IMG/VR virus record: IMGVR_UViG_3300030330_003037
Span: 1 to 32,896 of that record
Origin: a virus
Lineage: Duplodnaviria; Caudoviricetes
Reading direction: 5' to 3' (one strand)
DNA length: 32,896 nucleotides
Part shown: positions 7,707-16,245 of the stretch, in pieces
How the letters are laid out: every line of letters begins with the position of its first letter
How positions within the stretch are numbered: the stretch's first letter is position 1
The notes under the pieces: model-generated
Seen by the model: the letters and a program-made list of their open reading frames with translations, nothing else
What the model was told of the DNA's origin: nothing
The model's database searches: none
Made by a program: the position numbers and the translations under genes

Positions 7707-8414
7707 ATGGAAGAACAAGTCATTCAGGAGACGCCCGTGGCGCCTTCTGAGCAGCCCGTGGCTGAGACTGCAAACACCGTCAACGTTGATGTTTCTGCTT
7801 ACGAGCAGCAAATCCAGGCGTTACAACAGCGTGCCGCTGAAGCCGAAGAAAAATTCCAAGGCATCAAGGGCAAACTGGACGACGTTTACAAGAAACAAGA
7901 CGAGCAACGTCGCAAAACGCTGGAAGACCAAGGCCAGTGGAAAGATCTCTGGGAAGAAGCCAACAAAACTGCTCAAACCAAGGATCAGCAGATTGCTGAC
8001 CTAGAGCGCCAGTTGGCAGATCTTCGGACTTCCAATGAGACAGCAGCAATGAAAACGACTGCACTGTCTGCAATTAGTCAGTCTGGAGCGATCAATGCTG
8101 CGCAAATGCTTCAGCTGGTTCAAGGCAACTTGAAGAAGGCTGAAGATGGCAGCGTCAAAGTGCTGAATGGTGGCGTTGAGGAAGACCTCAATGTTTACCT
8201 CGCCAAGCTGAAGAATCCTGGCTCTGGTTATGAGCATCATTTCAAGCCAAGTGCTCAGGCTGGCATGGGCGCTAAACCAACAACTGGAACTGCAGGCGCT
8301 GCAGGTGTCGCTAATCCTTGGGCAGAAGGTAGTATTAACTTAACAAGGCAAATGTCCTTGGAAGCTACCGACCCTGAGCTTGCAGCTGTGCTCAAGCGAG
8401 AGGCCGGTAAATAA
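7707..8414 (+). CDS. Capsid scaffolding protein
   Basis: Acidic N-terminus, long coiled coil, G-rich linker and C-terminal NPW...helix; directly upstream of the major capsid gene. Confidence 0.85.
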   Translation: MEEQVIQETPVAPSEQPVAETANTVNVDVSAYEQQIQALQQRAAEAEEKFQGIKGKLDDVYKKQDEQRRKTLEDQGQWKDLWEEANKTAQTKDQQIADLERQLADLRTSNETAAMKTTALSAISQSGAINAAQMLQLVQGNLKKAEDGSVKVLNGGVEEDLNVYLAKLKNPGSGYEHHFKPSAQAGMGAKPTTGTAGAAGVANPWAEGSINLTRQMSLEATDPELAAVLKREAGK

Positions 8415-8451
8415 GTCCCCGTGGGACACCACTTTCAAGTCCGTGGCTTGA
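8415..8451 (+). promoter_or_regulatory. Tandem hairpins with identical CGU triloops in the capsid leader
   Basis: GTCCC-CGT-GGGAC and TCAAGTC-CGT-GGCTTGA. Confidence 0.55.
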
Positions 8452-8481
8452 GAACCCGCAAACCTTAACCCTGAATAAGAA

Positions 8482-9561
8482 ATGGCCGCACCATTTCAGA
8501 ATTATTCCGGCGGTGTCCTTCTGGCGGACATCGTAAAAAGGAATAATCTCAGCACCTATGTGTCTGAGGCAATCAAAGAGCGCAGCCTGTTCGTGAAGAG
8601 CGGTGCTGTGGTTCGTAACGCTCTTCTCGATGCACGGGAAGGCGGTAGCCGCATTCAAGTTCCTGAGTTCAATCCTGTGTCTCCGACTGAGGAGATCATG
8701 GACGGTACTGCTACGTGGGGCACCAGCTCTGCTGGCTACCTGACTCCTCAAAAGGTTGGCACCGGAACTCAAATTGCAACCATCTGCCATCGCGGTTTTG
8801 CGTATGCAGTGGATGACGTTGCAATGTTGGCCGCCGGTGAAGACCCGATGCTTCACATCCGCAACCAACTGGCTGATGCCATCAACAAGCTGAACAGCGC
8901 ACGTCTGTTCTCTCAGCTTGCTGGCTTGTTCGGCACGGCACTGTCTGGCAATGCACTGGACAAAGGTGTTGCTGCCGCTTCTGGTGGCGCTGAAGCCAAC
9001 TTCCTGACTGCTGCGAACGTTGCTGAAGCTCGTTCCAAGCTGGGTGAGCGTGGCGAAGAGCTGGACACCATTGTTGTTCACCCCTCCGTTGCTTTCTACC
9101 TGTATCAGGTGGGAATGCTGACCTTCTCCACTTCTGCACTGGCTGCTTCTGGCGCGGTGACTTGGGGTGGCGGTGGCGTTGGCATTGGCGCTCGCGAAGT
9201 TGGTGAGTTTGCCGGTATGCGCGTCATTGTTGACACTGCAGTCAACACTGTTGCTCCTGGCACCTCTGGCCACCAGCGTGAGTTCTACTGCTATCTGATC
9301 AAGTCCGGCACCATCCTTGAGGGTGTGCAGCAAGATCTTCGGATTGAAGCTGACCGCAACGTGCTCTCGAAGCAGGACGTCCTGTCTGTGGATTACCACT
9401 CTGCTTATCACGTGATGGGCACCAAGTGGTCTAACGCCGCTGACAACCCGACCAATGCCACTTTGGCAACGGCTGGTAACTGGGCCGCTACCTATGACAT
9501 CGACCTGATCCCCATGGTTCAGCTCACCGTCAACAGCCCCCTGGACACCACCACCATCTGA
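8482..9561 (+). CDS. Major capsid protein
   Basis: 359 aa after the scaffold; FVKSGAV, DPMLHIRNQLA, LGERGEEL..IVVHP, IEADRNVL; strongly biased codon usage; followed by a terminator. Confidence 0.9.
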   Translation: MAAPFQNYSGGVLLADIVKRNNLSTYVSEAIKERSLFVKSGAVVRNALLDAREGGSRIQVPEFNPVSPTEEIMDGTATWGTSSAGYLTPQKVGTGTQIATICHRGFAYAVDDVAMLAAGEDPMLHIRNQLADAINKLNSARLFSQLAGLFGTALSGNALDKGVAAASGGAEANFLTAANVAEARSKLGERGEELDTIVVHPSVAFYLYQVGMLTFSTSALAASGAVTWGGGGVGIGAREVGEFAGMRVIVDTAVNTVAPGTSGHQREFYCYLIKSGTILEGVQQDLRIEADRNVLSKQDVLSVDYHSAYHVMGTKWSNAADNPTNATLATAGNWAATYDIDLIPMVQLTVNSPLDTTTI

Positions 9562-9581
9562 TCTTTCTTGATCAGAGCAAA

Positions 9582-9614
9582 GGCCCTACCATTAGGTGGG
9601 GCCACCTTCTTTTT
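9582..9614 (+). terminator. Terminator after the capsid gene
   Basis: GGCCCTACC-ATTA-GGTGGGGCC then ACCTTCTTTTT. Confidence 0.7.
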
Positions 9615-9619
9615 GCGCT

Positions 9620-10150
9620 ATGGCTGCCACGATCAACGCCACACTGAAGAGTGCGACAGCCAACAGCTATGTGACGTTGGCCGAAGCCGACGCATATTTT
9701 GAAACCGTTCCAAGCAGCACGCAGTGGGACAACAAGCAGGACGACAAGAAAAACCGTGCGTTGATCTCAGCTACACGCTGGATCGACACGTTGAATTTTT
9801 ACGGTGATCGTTGCGATGCAGATCAAGCCCTGAGCTGGCCCCGCAACAATTATCACGTTGATCGCGTTGAGCTTGTCTGCTCTGCGATTCCAAACGACAT
9901 CAAGTATGCAACGTATGAGCTAGCCAACGCGCTGGCGAACGATACTGATGCGATCACTGGAACGACTGGCGACACGGGATTGTACGAGTCAGTCAAGCTT
10001 GGGGAGATGGAAGTCAAGTACAACACTTCGAGCCAAGCTACGGGAACAGTCAATAACGTTTTTGATGTTTATCCTTGGCTTCAGTCTTATCTAGGCGCTT
10101 ATTGTCTTGGCGGTAGCGGCAGTTATCAAGTTCGTGTCGTGAGGGGTTGA
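9620..10150 (+). CDS. Head-tail adaptor (putative DnaT-like family)
   Basis: ANSYVTLAEADAYF, ALISATRWID, QALSWPR, IPNDIKYATYELA; ATG 9620. Confidence 0.8.
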   Translation: MAATINATLKSATANSYVTLAEADAYFETVPSSTQWDNKQDDKKNRALISATRWIDTLNFYGDRCDADQALSWPRNNYHVDRVELVCSAIPNDIKYATYELANALANDTDAITGTTGDTGLYESVKLGEMEVKYNTSSQATGTVNNVFDVYPWLQSYLGAYCLGGSGSYQVRVVRG

Positions 10151-10151
10151 G

Positions 10152-10535
10152 ATGGCAGGCGCACTCGACAGTCTGTTTAAAAGCGTTGCCAAATCGGTTG
10201 TTGCTGATCTTGGCAAGTCATTTGATCACACGATCACGTACACCCGTAAGGCGTCTCCGACTTACAACACCAGCACTGGAGCGTTGACGACGACGGATAC
10301 AACGTATTCGTTTGACGCACCCCTTGAGTTTATCGAATCAGACCGCGATGAAAATCGAGAGGAGCGGCGGGCAAGGCTTTATATAACTCCTGACTTGATT
10401 GGTGACAATCAACCGACAACGGAGGATACGATAACGCTGACATATGCAGGCTCTAGCCGGGTTACTCAAATCACTGAAATCAAAACCTATCGAGGCGATC
10501 AAGAGTACATGTATATCGTGGGAGTTAGATTCTGA
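10152..10535 (+). CDS. Putative head closure (stopper) protein
   Basis: 127 aa, beta-rich, YNTSTG motif; position after the adaptor. Confidence 0.65.
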   Translation: MAGALDSLFKSVAKSVVADLGKSFDHTITYTRKASPTYNTSTGALTTTDTTYSFDAPLEFIESDRDENREERRARLYITPDLIGDNQPTTEDTITLTYAGSSRVTQITEIKTYRGDQEYMYIVGVRF

Positions 10536-11101
10536 TGGCTAAAAGATCTATTGCCGACGACATCGAAAAAAAGATGTTTGAAGATTTTGACCGTTTTGTA
10601 AAATTTACGGTGTATGAGTTGTCCACGGACTTTAACGCTGGTGGCGTAAGTCCAGTTTATACAGGTTATTTTGCGTCAAGCTGGACGGCAGCGCAAAGCG
10701 GTTACGTTAGGAAAGAAGATCCAATTACAAGTCAAAAAAATAGATCAACAAAAGATCCTTGGAATAAGGCTTGGGAGAGTCGTGGAGCTGAGCCTGGCGA
10801 AATCAAAGAGCGTTTTATAGGCAGTGTGATGAAAAGAACGTTTGACTTTAGGAAAATGGTAAGGATTGGCAACACAACAAGTTACGCAGCTTTTGCAATG
10901 CAAAAGGGACAGGTGGCGTTTTTTGTTCAGGGAGATCTGCGCAAGTTGGTGAACAAGTATTTTGGAGATCGAAGAGAAATGGCTGATCTTCGGGTTGGTG
11001 ATCGTCCAGTTGTTACGCGCCCCTACGACATATACGGTATTGGCACGCTGCCTGGAACAGTGCGGTCAACTTCAATTATGCGAGGGAGGCGTGAATCATG
11101 A
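10535..11101 (+). CDS. Putative neck or tail-completion protein (HK97 gp10-like)
   Basis: SPVYTGYFASSW and IGNTTSYA motifs; gene position. Confidence 0.65.
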   Translation: MAKRSIADDIEKKMFEDFDRFVKFTVYELSTDFNAGGVSPVYTGYFASSWTAAQSGYVRKEDPITSQKNRSTKDPWNKAWESRGAEPGEIKERFIGSVMKRTFDFRKMVRIGNTTSYAAFAMQKGQVAFFVQGDLRKLVNKYFGDRREMADLRVGDRPVVTRPYDIYGIGTLPGTVRSTSIMRGRRES

Positions 11102-11526
11102 CGCTAGTCAACGCTAGAGCTGCTTTTGAAAAGGCTGTTACCGACGCAGTTGCTGCTGTGGATAACACGGTGCTGATGGTTTACGACAATGTTGCGTACA
11201 CCACGCCGGGTAAGACCAAGAAATACATTTTGATGCGAATTGATTTTGTGCAATCAACGCTTCAAACGCATGGAGCCGCATCGGATTATTACAGCGGAGT
11301 CATTCAGTGCAACGTTTACGTCCCAAGAAACGCTGGTACGTCGGTCTTGGCAACTTTGAGTGAAGCTGTAATCGATGGCCTGACTTCAGTAAATGCTTCT
11401 GGATATGTGGACACTTTCAGCTCGTCACCCAGGGTAAAAGACGTTAATGGTCCGACGCCAATCGAGCTGGACGACGTTTCACATTATTTGGCAATTATTT
11501 CTTGCCAATTTACTGCTATTGCATAG
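11098..11526 (+). CDS. Putative tail terminator protein
   Basis: YDNV, GVIQCNVYVPRNAGT; 142 aa; gene position. Confidence 0.7.
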   Translation: MTLVNARAAFEKAVTDAVAAVDNTVLMVYDNVAYTTPGKTKKYILMRIDFVQSTLQTHGAASDYYSGVIQCNVYVPRNAGTSVLATLSEAVIDGLTSVNASGYVDTFSSSPRVKDVNGPTPIELDDVSHYLAIISCQFTAIA

Positions 11527-11554
11527 TATAGTGCGGTAAGTAAAACTCTTTTGT

Positions 11555-11905
11555 ATGCGTGCTTCCGAGCTTCTGCGGAACAAATTTGGCGTTAGCCAAC
11601 TTTACAAGCATGTCATTGAGGACAATGGCGAGGTTGTGCTGGAGGTTTACTGGCATCCTTTGACGATTGCAGAGCGTGAGTCAATCCAGAAAAAAGCTGG
11701 CACTGACGACTCAAATGACTTTGCGTTGAACATGATGATCCAGAAAGCGTTGGATGCTGATGGCAAGCGGTTGTTTCAGGACGGCGAAAAGGCTGTACTG
11801 AAGAACGCTGTTGAAGCATCGGTGCTGCAAGAAATTCAGCTTGCAATGCTGGCTTCTGGAGCGGAAAGCAAGGTGGAGGAAGCGAAAGCAGATCTGAAAA
11901 GCTAA
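11555..11905 (+). CDS. Tail assembly chaperone (gpG-like)
   Basis: 116 aa upstream of the tape measure; PLTIAERE, KALDADGKRLF; ends EEAKADLKS*. Confidence 0.8.
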   Translation: MRASELLRNKFGVSQLYKHVIEDNGEVVLEVYWHPLTIAERESIQKKAGTDDSNDFALNMMIQKALDADGKRLFQDGEKAVLKNAVEASVLQEIQLAMLASGAESKVEEAKADLKS

Positions 11906-12095
11906 TAACGACTGGCTTTTTATGTTTTTTCTGGCCAAAGAGCTGGGAATGACGCTTGCTCAGCTGACGACTGATCTAACGCTAGAGGAGCTAATCGGCT
12001 GGGCAGCTTTTTATGAGTTGAAGTCAGAGGAAGAGCAGCGAACGATGGATCGCGCCAAAACTGGTAAAAGGGCGCAGACAATGAGTGGGCGGTAG
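11898..12095 (+). CDS. Tail chaperone extension (gpT-like), probably reached by frameshift (not in ORF track)
   Basis: +1 frame: KANNDWLFMFFLAKELGMTLAQLTTDLTLEELIGWAAFYELKSEEEQRTMDRAKTGKRAQTMSGR*; alternative ATG at 11922. Confidence 0.75.
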   Translation, partial: KANNDWLFMFFLAKELGMTLAQLTTDLTLEELIGWAAFYELKSEEEQRTMDRAKTGKRAQTMSGR

Positions 12096-12125
12096 ACTGG
12101 AGCGTAGGGTTCTGCGTTCCAGCCT

Positions 12126-14510
12126 GTGGCCAACTACAACGTAGATATTGACGTTGCGGTCAGGGGTTATAACCGTGTTGAGCAGAACCTCAAGAAACTT
12201 GATCGGCTGATTGGCAAGCCAAGAGTTCTTGAGATAAATCCTGGTATTCAATTTAGAAAATTTAGACAAGAAAAGCTGCAGCTACTTAAGGAGATGCGCC
12301 GCGCTGGTGCGGAATCTGCTGTTGCTTTTCAGCAAGCGTTTGAGCGTGAGGCAAGAATCGCGAGACAAGTTGCCGGAGCTGGCAGTCGAACGTTGCCAGC
12401 AGCCGCTGGTCCGATTGCGTTGTTGCCTGCAACAGCTGTTGGTCAGTTTCAAAGGGCTGCAGCTGCAGCAAAAGCAATCGACATGGCATTTGCGAATGCA
12501 AAGCGTTCGATTGACGGCATGACAACTCAATTAACGCGAGCGCTTCCTGGTGGAACTGGCGTGTCTGGTCCGGGCGTTCGCATTGCTGGGTTGTTGCCAC
12601 CTGCTGGTGGTGCCGGAGGAGCTGGTGGAGGCGGTGGAAGCTTCGGAAGTTTTACCGCTCCTGGAGTTCCGGGTCCTGGTCAAGGATTTACTCCAGCGTT
12701 TAATCCAAATATGTATGCCAGTCCGATTGGGCCTAGGAGAGCACCGTTCCGATTAAGTGGAGCACAGCGATCAGCTGCGATGACTGGTGGCGCGTTTCCG
12801 CTTCTGTTTGGTGGAGGATTTGGCCAAGCAGCTGGCGGTGCGATTGGTGGCGCAATAAGCGGAAAAATGTTTGGCGGGCTGACAGTCGGACTTCAAGTTG
12901 CCGGCATGACTGTTGATTCAATGGTCGCCAGCACAATTCGATTTGGCGAGACTCTTAGAGAAACAGACACAGCGCTTCAGTCAATGACTGAGCGATCTTT
13001 ATTTTCAACTAAGGCTACGCAAAAACGTGCAGAAGAACTTCAGGCTCTTGGTGAAACTGAAGAGCTAGCAAATCTTCTTACAGCAGAACTAGCAACTACC
13101 ATTGGCACGGAAGGCGTTAAAGCGTTCCAAGCCTTAGGCGACGAATCTAGCAAGTTTAATACGTTAATTAATAAGATATTTGTCTCAGTACAGGCTTTAA
13201 TTGCCGGACCATTGGCCGGATTTTTGTCTTTAGTGAATACTGTTTTAGGCCGGGACGTTAGTGAGCAAAGCATTCGCAGTTTAAAAGGCAGCCTTCAAAC
13301 GCCTGAAGGCGTAGCTGCATTTGAGAAACGAGTTAAAGAGGTTGCTGGTACGGAAACGAGAACCTTATTTAAAGGTCAAGGAGTAACAGAGACAAAAACA
13401 GTAACTAAAGACCTTAGTTTAGATCAGATTGTACAACTGCAACAAGAAGTTCTTGAGGGAGCTTTTGGCGAAACAAACTTGCTTGCCAATAAAATTAAAG
13501 CAAGTGTGCCAGCACCTCAAAAAGCAAGAACTAAAAAAGAAAGAGAGAGTCGTGTTCCTCAACTGACCATTGAAGTTGGCTTAACAGAAAGACTGAATAC
13601 GTTAAACAGGCAAATCTTGCAAGCCAAGCAAGATGAAGATTCAGTTAGAGAAGCTGCTCTGCAGATGGAAGTAGCGATGGAAAAGGAGGCAGCAAAAATT
13701 GCAAAAATAAATTTAGACAAAATTCCGCAAGCAGAAAAAGACTTGCAGATTAAAGAGGTAGGGCTGCAAACAGACCAAGAAATTTTTGAAATTAACCATA
13801 AGCTAAAAGACCTTCAGCAGGCTCAAGCCGAAAAAAATCAAAAAATAATTGCTGATTTTCAAAGTCAAAATGACTTACTGCAAGCACAGCTTGACGGACG
13901 CTTGGAAGAAGAAGAAATAGAGCAGCAGCTTGCCAAGCTTAAAGAAGAAAACAAAGGATTAGACATAGACAAAGTTCGCAACATTCTTGAGGCAAACAAT
14001 GCCTTAAAAGAGCAAATTGCCGTTGCTGAAGAGCTAGATCGACTTTATGAAACTATCGGGCAAAGCATTTCATCGAGTATCGTCGATGCGTTGACTGCTG
14101 CTGTTGACGAAACCAAGAGTCTTGCTGATATTGCCACTCAAACGCTCAGGCAGATTGCGAACATCCTTTTGCAGTTCGGAGTCCAGACTGTTTTAAGCAG
14201 TCTTGGCGGAAATGACACGACTGGTTTCTTTACAAAGCTTTTTCCCAAAAAAGCTCTTGGCGGCGCTGTTGGTGCGAATCAGCCTTATATGGTTGGCGAA
14301 AAAGGTCCTGAACTGTTCGTCCCTGGAGCGCAAGGCAACATCGTTCCAAACAACGCAATGGGAGGTTCTAACATCGTGGTGAACGTTGACGCCTCAGGCT
14401 CTAACGTGGAAGGTGATGCACAGCAATCCAAAGCTCTTGGTCAAGCCATCGGCGCTGCTGTTCAAGCTGAGATCATCAAACAGAAAATGCCCGGAGGACT
14501 TCTGAACTGA
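12126..14510 (+). CDS. Tail tape measure protein
   Basis: 794 aa, GTG start; helical coiled-coil body; C-terminal ALGGAVGANQPYMVGEKGPELFVP...PGGLL. Confidence 0.9.
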   Translation: MANYNVDIDVAVRGYNRVEQNLKKLDRLIGKPRVLEINPGIQFRKFRQEKLQLLKEMRRAGAESAVAFQQAFEREARIARQVAGAGSRTLPAAAGPIALLPATAVGQFQRAAAAAKAIDMAFANAKRSIDGMTTQLTRALPGGTGVSGPGVRIAGLLPPAGGAGGAGGGGGSFGSFTAPGVPGPGQGFTPAFNPNMYASPIGPRRAPFRLSGAQRSAAMTGGAFPLLFGGGFGQAAGGAIGGAISGKMFGGLTVGLQVAGMTVDSMVASTIRFGETLRETDTALQSMTERSLFSTKATQKRAEELQALGETEELANLLTAELATTIGTEGVKAFQALGDESSKFNTLINKIFVSVQALIAGPLAGFLSLVNTVLGRDVSEQSIRSLKGSLQTPEGVAAFEKRVKEVAGTETRTLFKGQGVTETKTVTKDLSLDQIVQLQQEVLEGAFGETNLLANKIKASVPAPQKARTKKERESRVPQLTIEVGLTERLNTLNRQILQAKQDEDSVREAALQMEVAMEKEAAKIAKINLDKIPQAEKDLQIKEVGLQTDQEIFEINHKLKDLQQAQAEKNQKIIADFQSQNDLLQAQLDGRLEEEEIEQQLAKLKEENKGLDIDKVRNILEANNALKEQIAVAEELDRLYETIGQSISSSIVDALTAAVDETKSLADIATQTLRQIANILLQFGVQTVLSSLGGNDTTGFFTKLFPKKALGGAVGANQPYMVGEKGPELFVPGAQGNIVPNNAMGGSNIVVNVDASGSNVEGDAQQSKALGQAIGAAVQAEIIKQKMPGGLLN

Positions 14511-14848
14511 TGGCTACTTTTCCCGCAATTACGCCGACCTACGGCCTTCAAAAGAACAGCGCCCCAAACGTAAGGATCGTCCAGTTCGGATCAGGTTATA
14601 GCCAGCGCAGCACGTTTGGCATCAATCAAAACCCCAAGTCCTACAGCCTGACGTTTCAGGTTTCTGAGACGGATGCGGACACGATCGAAACGTTCTTGGA
14701 TGCTCGCGGTGGAACGGAACATTTTGACTTCACACCACCCGGTGAAGCCAGCAGCGGCAAGTACATCTGTCGCAACTGGAGCAAGTCGATTCCATACTTG
14801 AACCGTGCCACAATTCAAGCAACGTTCGAGCAGGTGTTTGAGGCATGA
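14510..14848 (+). CDS. Distal tail protein (lambda gpM-like)
   Basis: VQFGSGYSQR..GIN, FLDARGG..FDFTPP, ATFEQVFE. Confidence 0.9.
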   Translation: MATFPAITPTYGLQKNSAPNVRIVQFGSGYSQRSTFGINQNPKSYSLTFQVSETDADTIETFLDARGGTEHFDFTPPGEASSGKYICRNWSKSIPYLNRATIQATFEQVFEA

Positions 14849-15585
14849 CGACAACACCCGATAAGGTCGAAAGGGAACTACATTCCCTTGAGCCGTCAGC
14901 AATCATTGAGCTGTTCGAGCTGCACCTAACTGCTGCTGTAAATGGCGTAGATCTGATCTACTACTATCACGCTGGAACGAACGAGCTATCGCAGAATATC
15001 GTATTTAACGGCAAAACTTATGCGGCAGTGCCGATTGAGGTCGATGGCTTTGCTGTGACAACAAAGGGTACGTTGCCCCGTCCCAGCATGAAAGTTGCTA
15101 ATGCAAATAATGCAATTACAACCCTGCTGAATTCTTACAACCCGCTACAGGCAGAAGTCAGGCGAATCCGCACATGCAAGAAGTTTCTAGATGCTGTTAA
15201 TTTTTCAAGCGGTACAAACCCGACAGCAGATCCCACCGCACTCTTCAACGGTGGCTATGAATCTTGGTACATCGATCGTGTAGCGAGTGAAAATCCTCAA
15301 CTTGTCGAATTTGAGCTTGTCGGCAAGCTTGATCTGACCAATCTGCGGTTGCCAGCGAGGCAGGTTGTTGAGCACTGCCCCTGGATTTACAAAGGCAACC
15401 AATGCAAGTACAAGCCAGGCAAGATGTTTAATCTGCAAAATCAGCAGGTAACGGATCCGTCTCAAGATCAGTGCGCCAAGAACTTGAAGGCGTGTGAGCT
15501 GCGTTTTCCGAAAGGTCAGGGCATTGGACCTGGCGACAAGTTGCTCCCGTTTGGAGGATTCCCAGGTGCGCGACTTCAGGTCTGA
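14845..15585 (+). CDS. Tail tip protein (lambda gpL-like)
   Basis: IIELFEL, GTLPRP, CPWIYKGNQC...DQCAKNLKACELRF, LPFGGFPG (four C-terminal Cys). Confidence 0.9.
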   Translation: MTTTPDKVERELHSLEPSAIIELFELHLTAAVNGVDLIYYYHAGTNELSQNIVFNGKTYAAVPIEVDGFAVTTKGTLPRPSMKVANANNAITTLLNSYNPLQAEVRRIRTCKKFLDAVNFSSGTNPTADPTALFNGGYESWYIDRVASENPQLVEFELVGKLDLTNLRLPARQVVEHCPWIYKGNQCKYKPGKMFNLQNQQVTDPSQDQCAKNLKACELRFPKGQGIGPGDKLLPFGGFPGARLQV

Positions 15586-15874
15586 TGCAGAACAACACGC
15601 CCAGTCATCTGGAGACGCTGAGTCATGCGGTCTTGTGGTTGACGGTATTTTCTGGCCTTGCCGGAATATCGCTGATGACCCTTGTGCTGACTTTGCCATT
15701 GACCCAAGAGACTACGCAGCCGCAGCATTTCGTGGAACGATTGAAGCGATAGTGCATTCGCATCCAAAAGGCGGACCAGCCAGTGAAGTTGATAAGCGTG
15801 CTTGCACTGGAACGGGATTGCCGTGGCATATTTGGAGCGTGCCAGACAAACAATGGTCAACTATCGAACCCTGA
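15566..15874 (+). CDS. Tail assembly protein K, JAB/MPN metallopeptidase half
   Basis: GTG start at 15566; ESCGLVV and HSHPKGGPASEVD (JAMM motif). Confidence 0.85.
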   Translation: MRDFRSDAEQHAQSSGDAESCGLVVDGIFWPCRNIADDPCADFAIDPRDYAAAAFRGTIEAIVHSHPKGGPASEVDKRACTGTGLPWHIWSVPDKQWSTIEP

Positions 15875-16245
15875 TCGGCAGGCAGTGGGATTACGGGAAG
15901 TTTGACTGCTTCACGTTGATCCGCGATTGGTTTGGGTTGCAAGGCATCGAGTTGCCTGATTTTGAACGGCCTGCAGATCTGCAGACCTGCGAAAGCATCT
16001 TTCTAAAGCAGGCTTTAGCAATCGGGTTCGAGCAGGTTGATTACGCAAAAAGGCGACCTGGCGATGTGTTGATCATGTGCCTTGGAACGGCAACGCCGAT
16101 GCACGCCGCAATCCTTTTGCCTGATGAGCGGATTCTGCACCAGCGTCAGGATTCGCTGAGTGCAGTGGAACCTTTTGGGCGATACTATGTCTCTAGAGTT
16201 GCGGCGGTCTTTCGGTATGCAGCAGACCGTAAGGTTGCTGGGTGA
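15853..16245 (+). CDS. Tail assembly protein K, NlpC/P60 half
   Basis: ATG 15853; GKFDCFTLIRDW, PGDVLI, HAAI, ILH. Confidence 0.85.
   Translation: MVNYRTLIGRQWDYGKFDCFTLIRDWFGLQGIELPDFERPADLQTCESIFLKQALAIGFEQVDYAKRRPGDVLIMCLGTATPMHAAILLPDERILHQRQDSLSAVEPFGRYYVSRVAAVFRYAADRKVAG

Noticed and set aside
8392-9411. 339-aa antisense ORF over the capsid gene, and similar shadow ORFs at 4667, 5541, 19676 and 22843
   Set aside because: Explained by codon bias of the sense genes; no recognisable motifs
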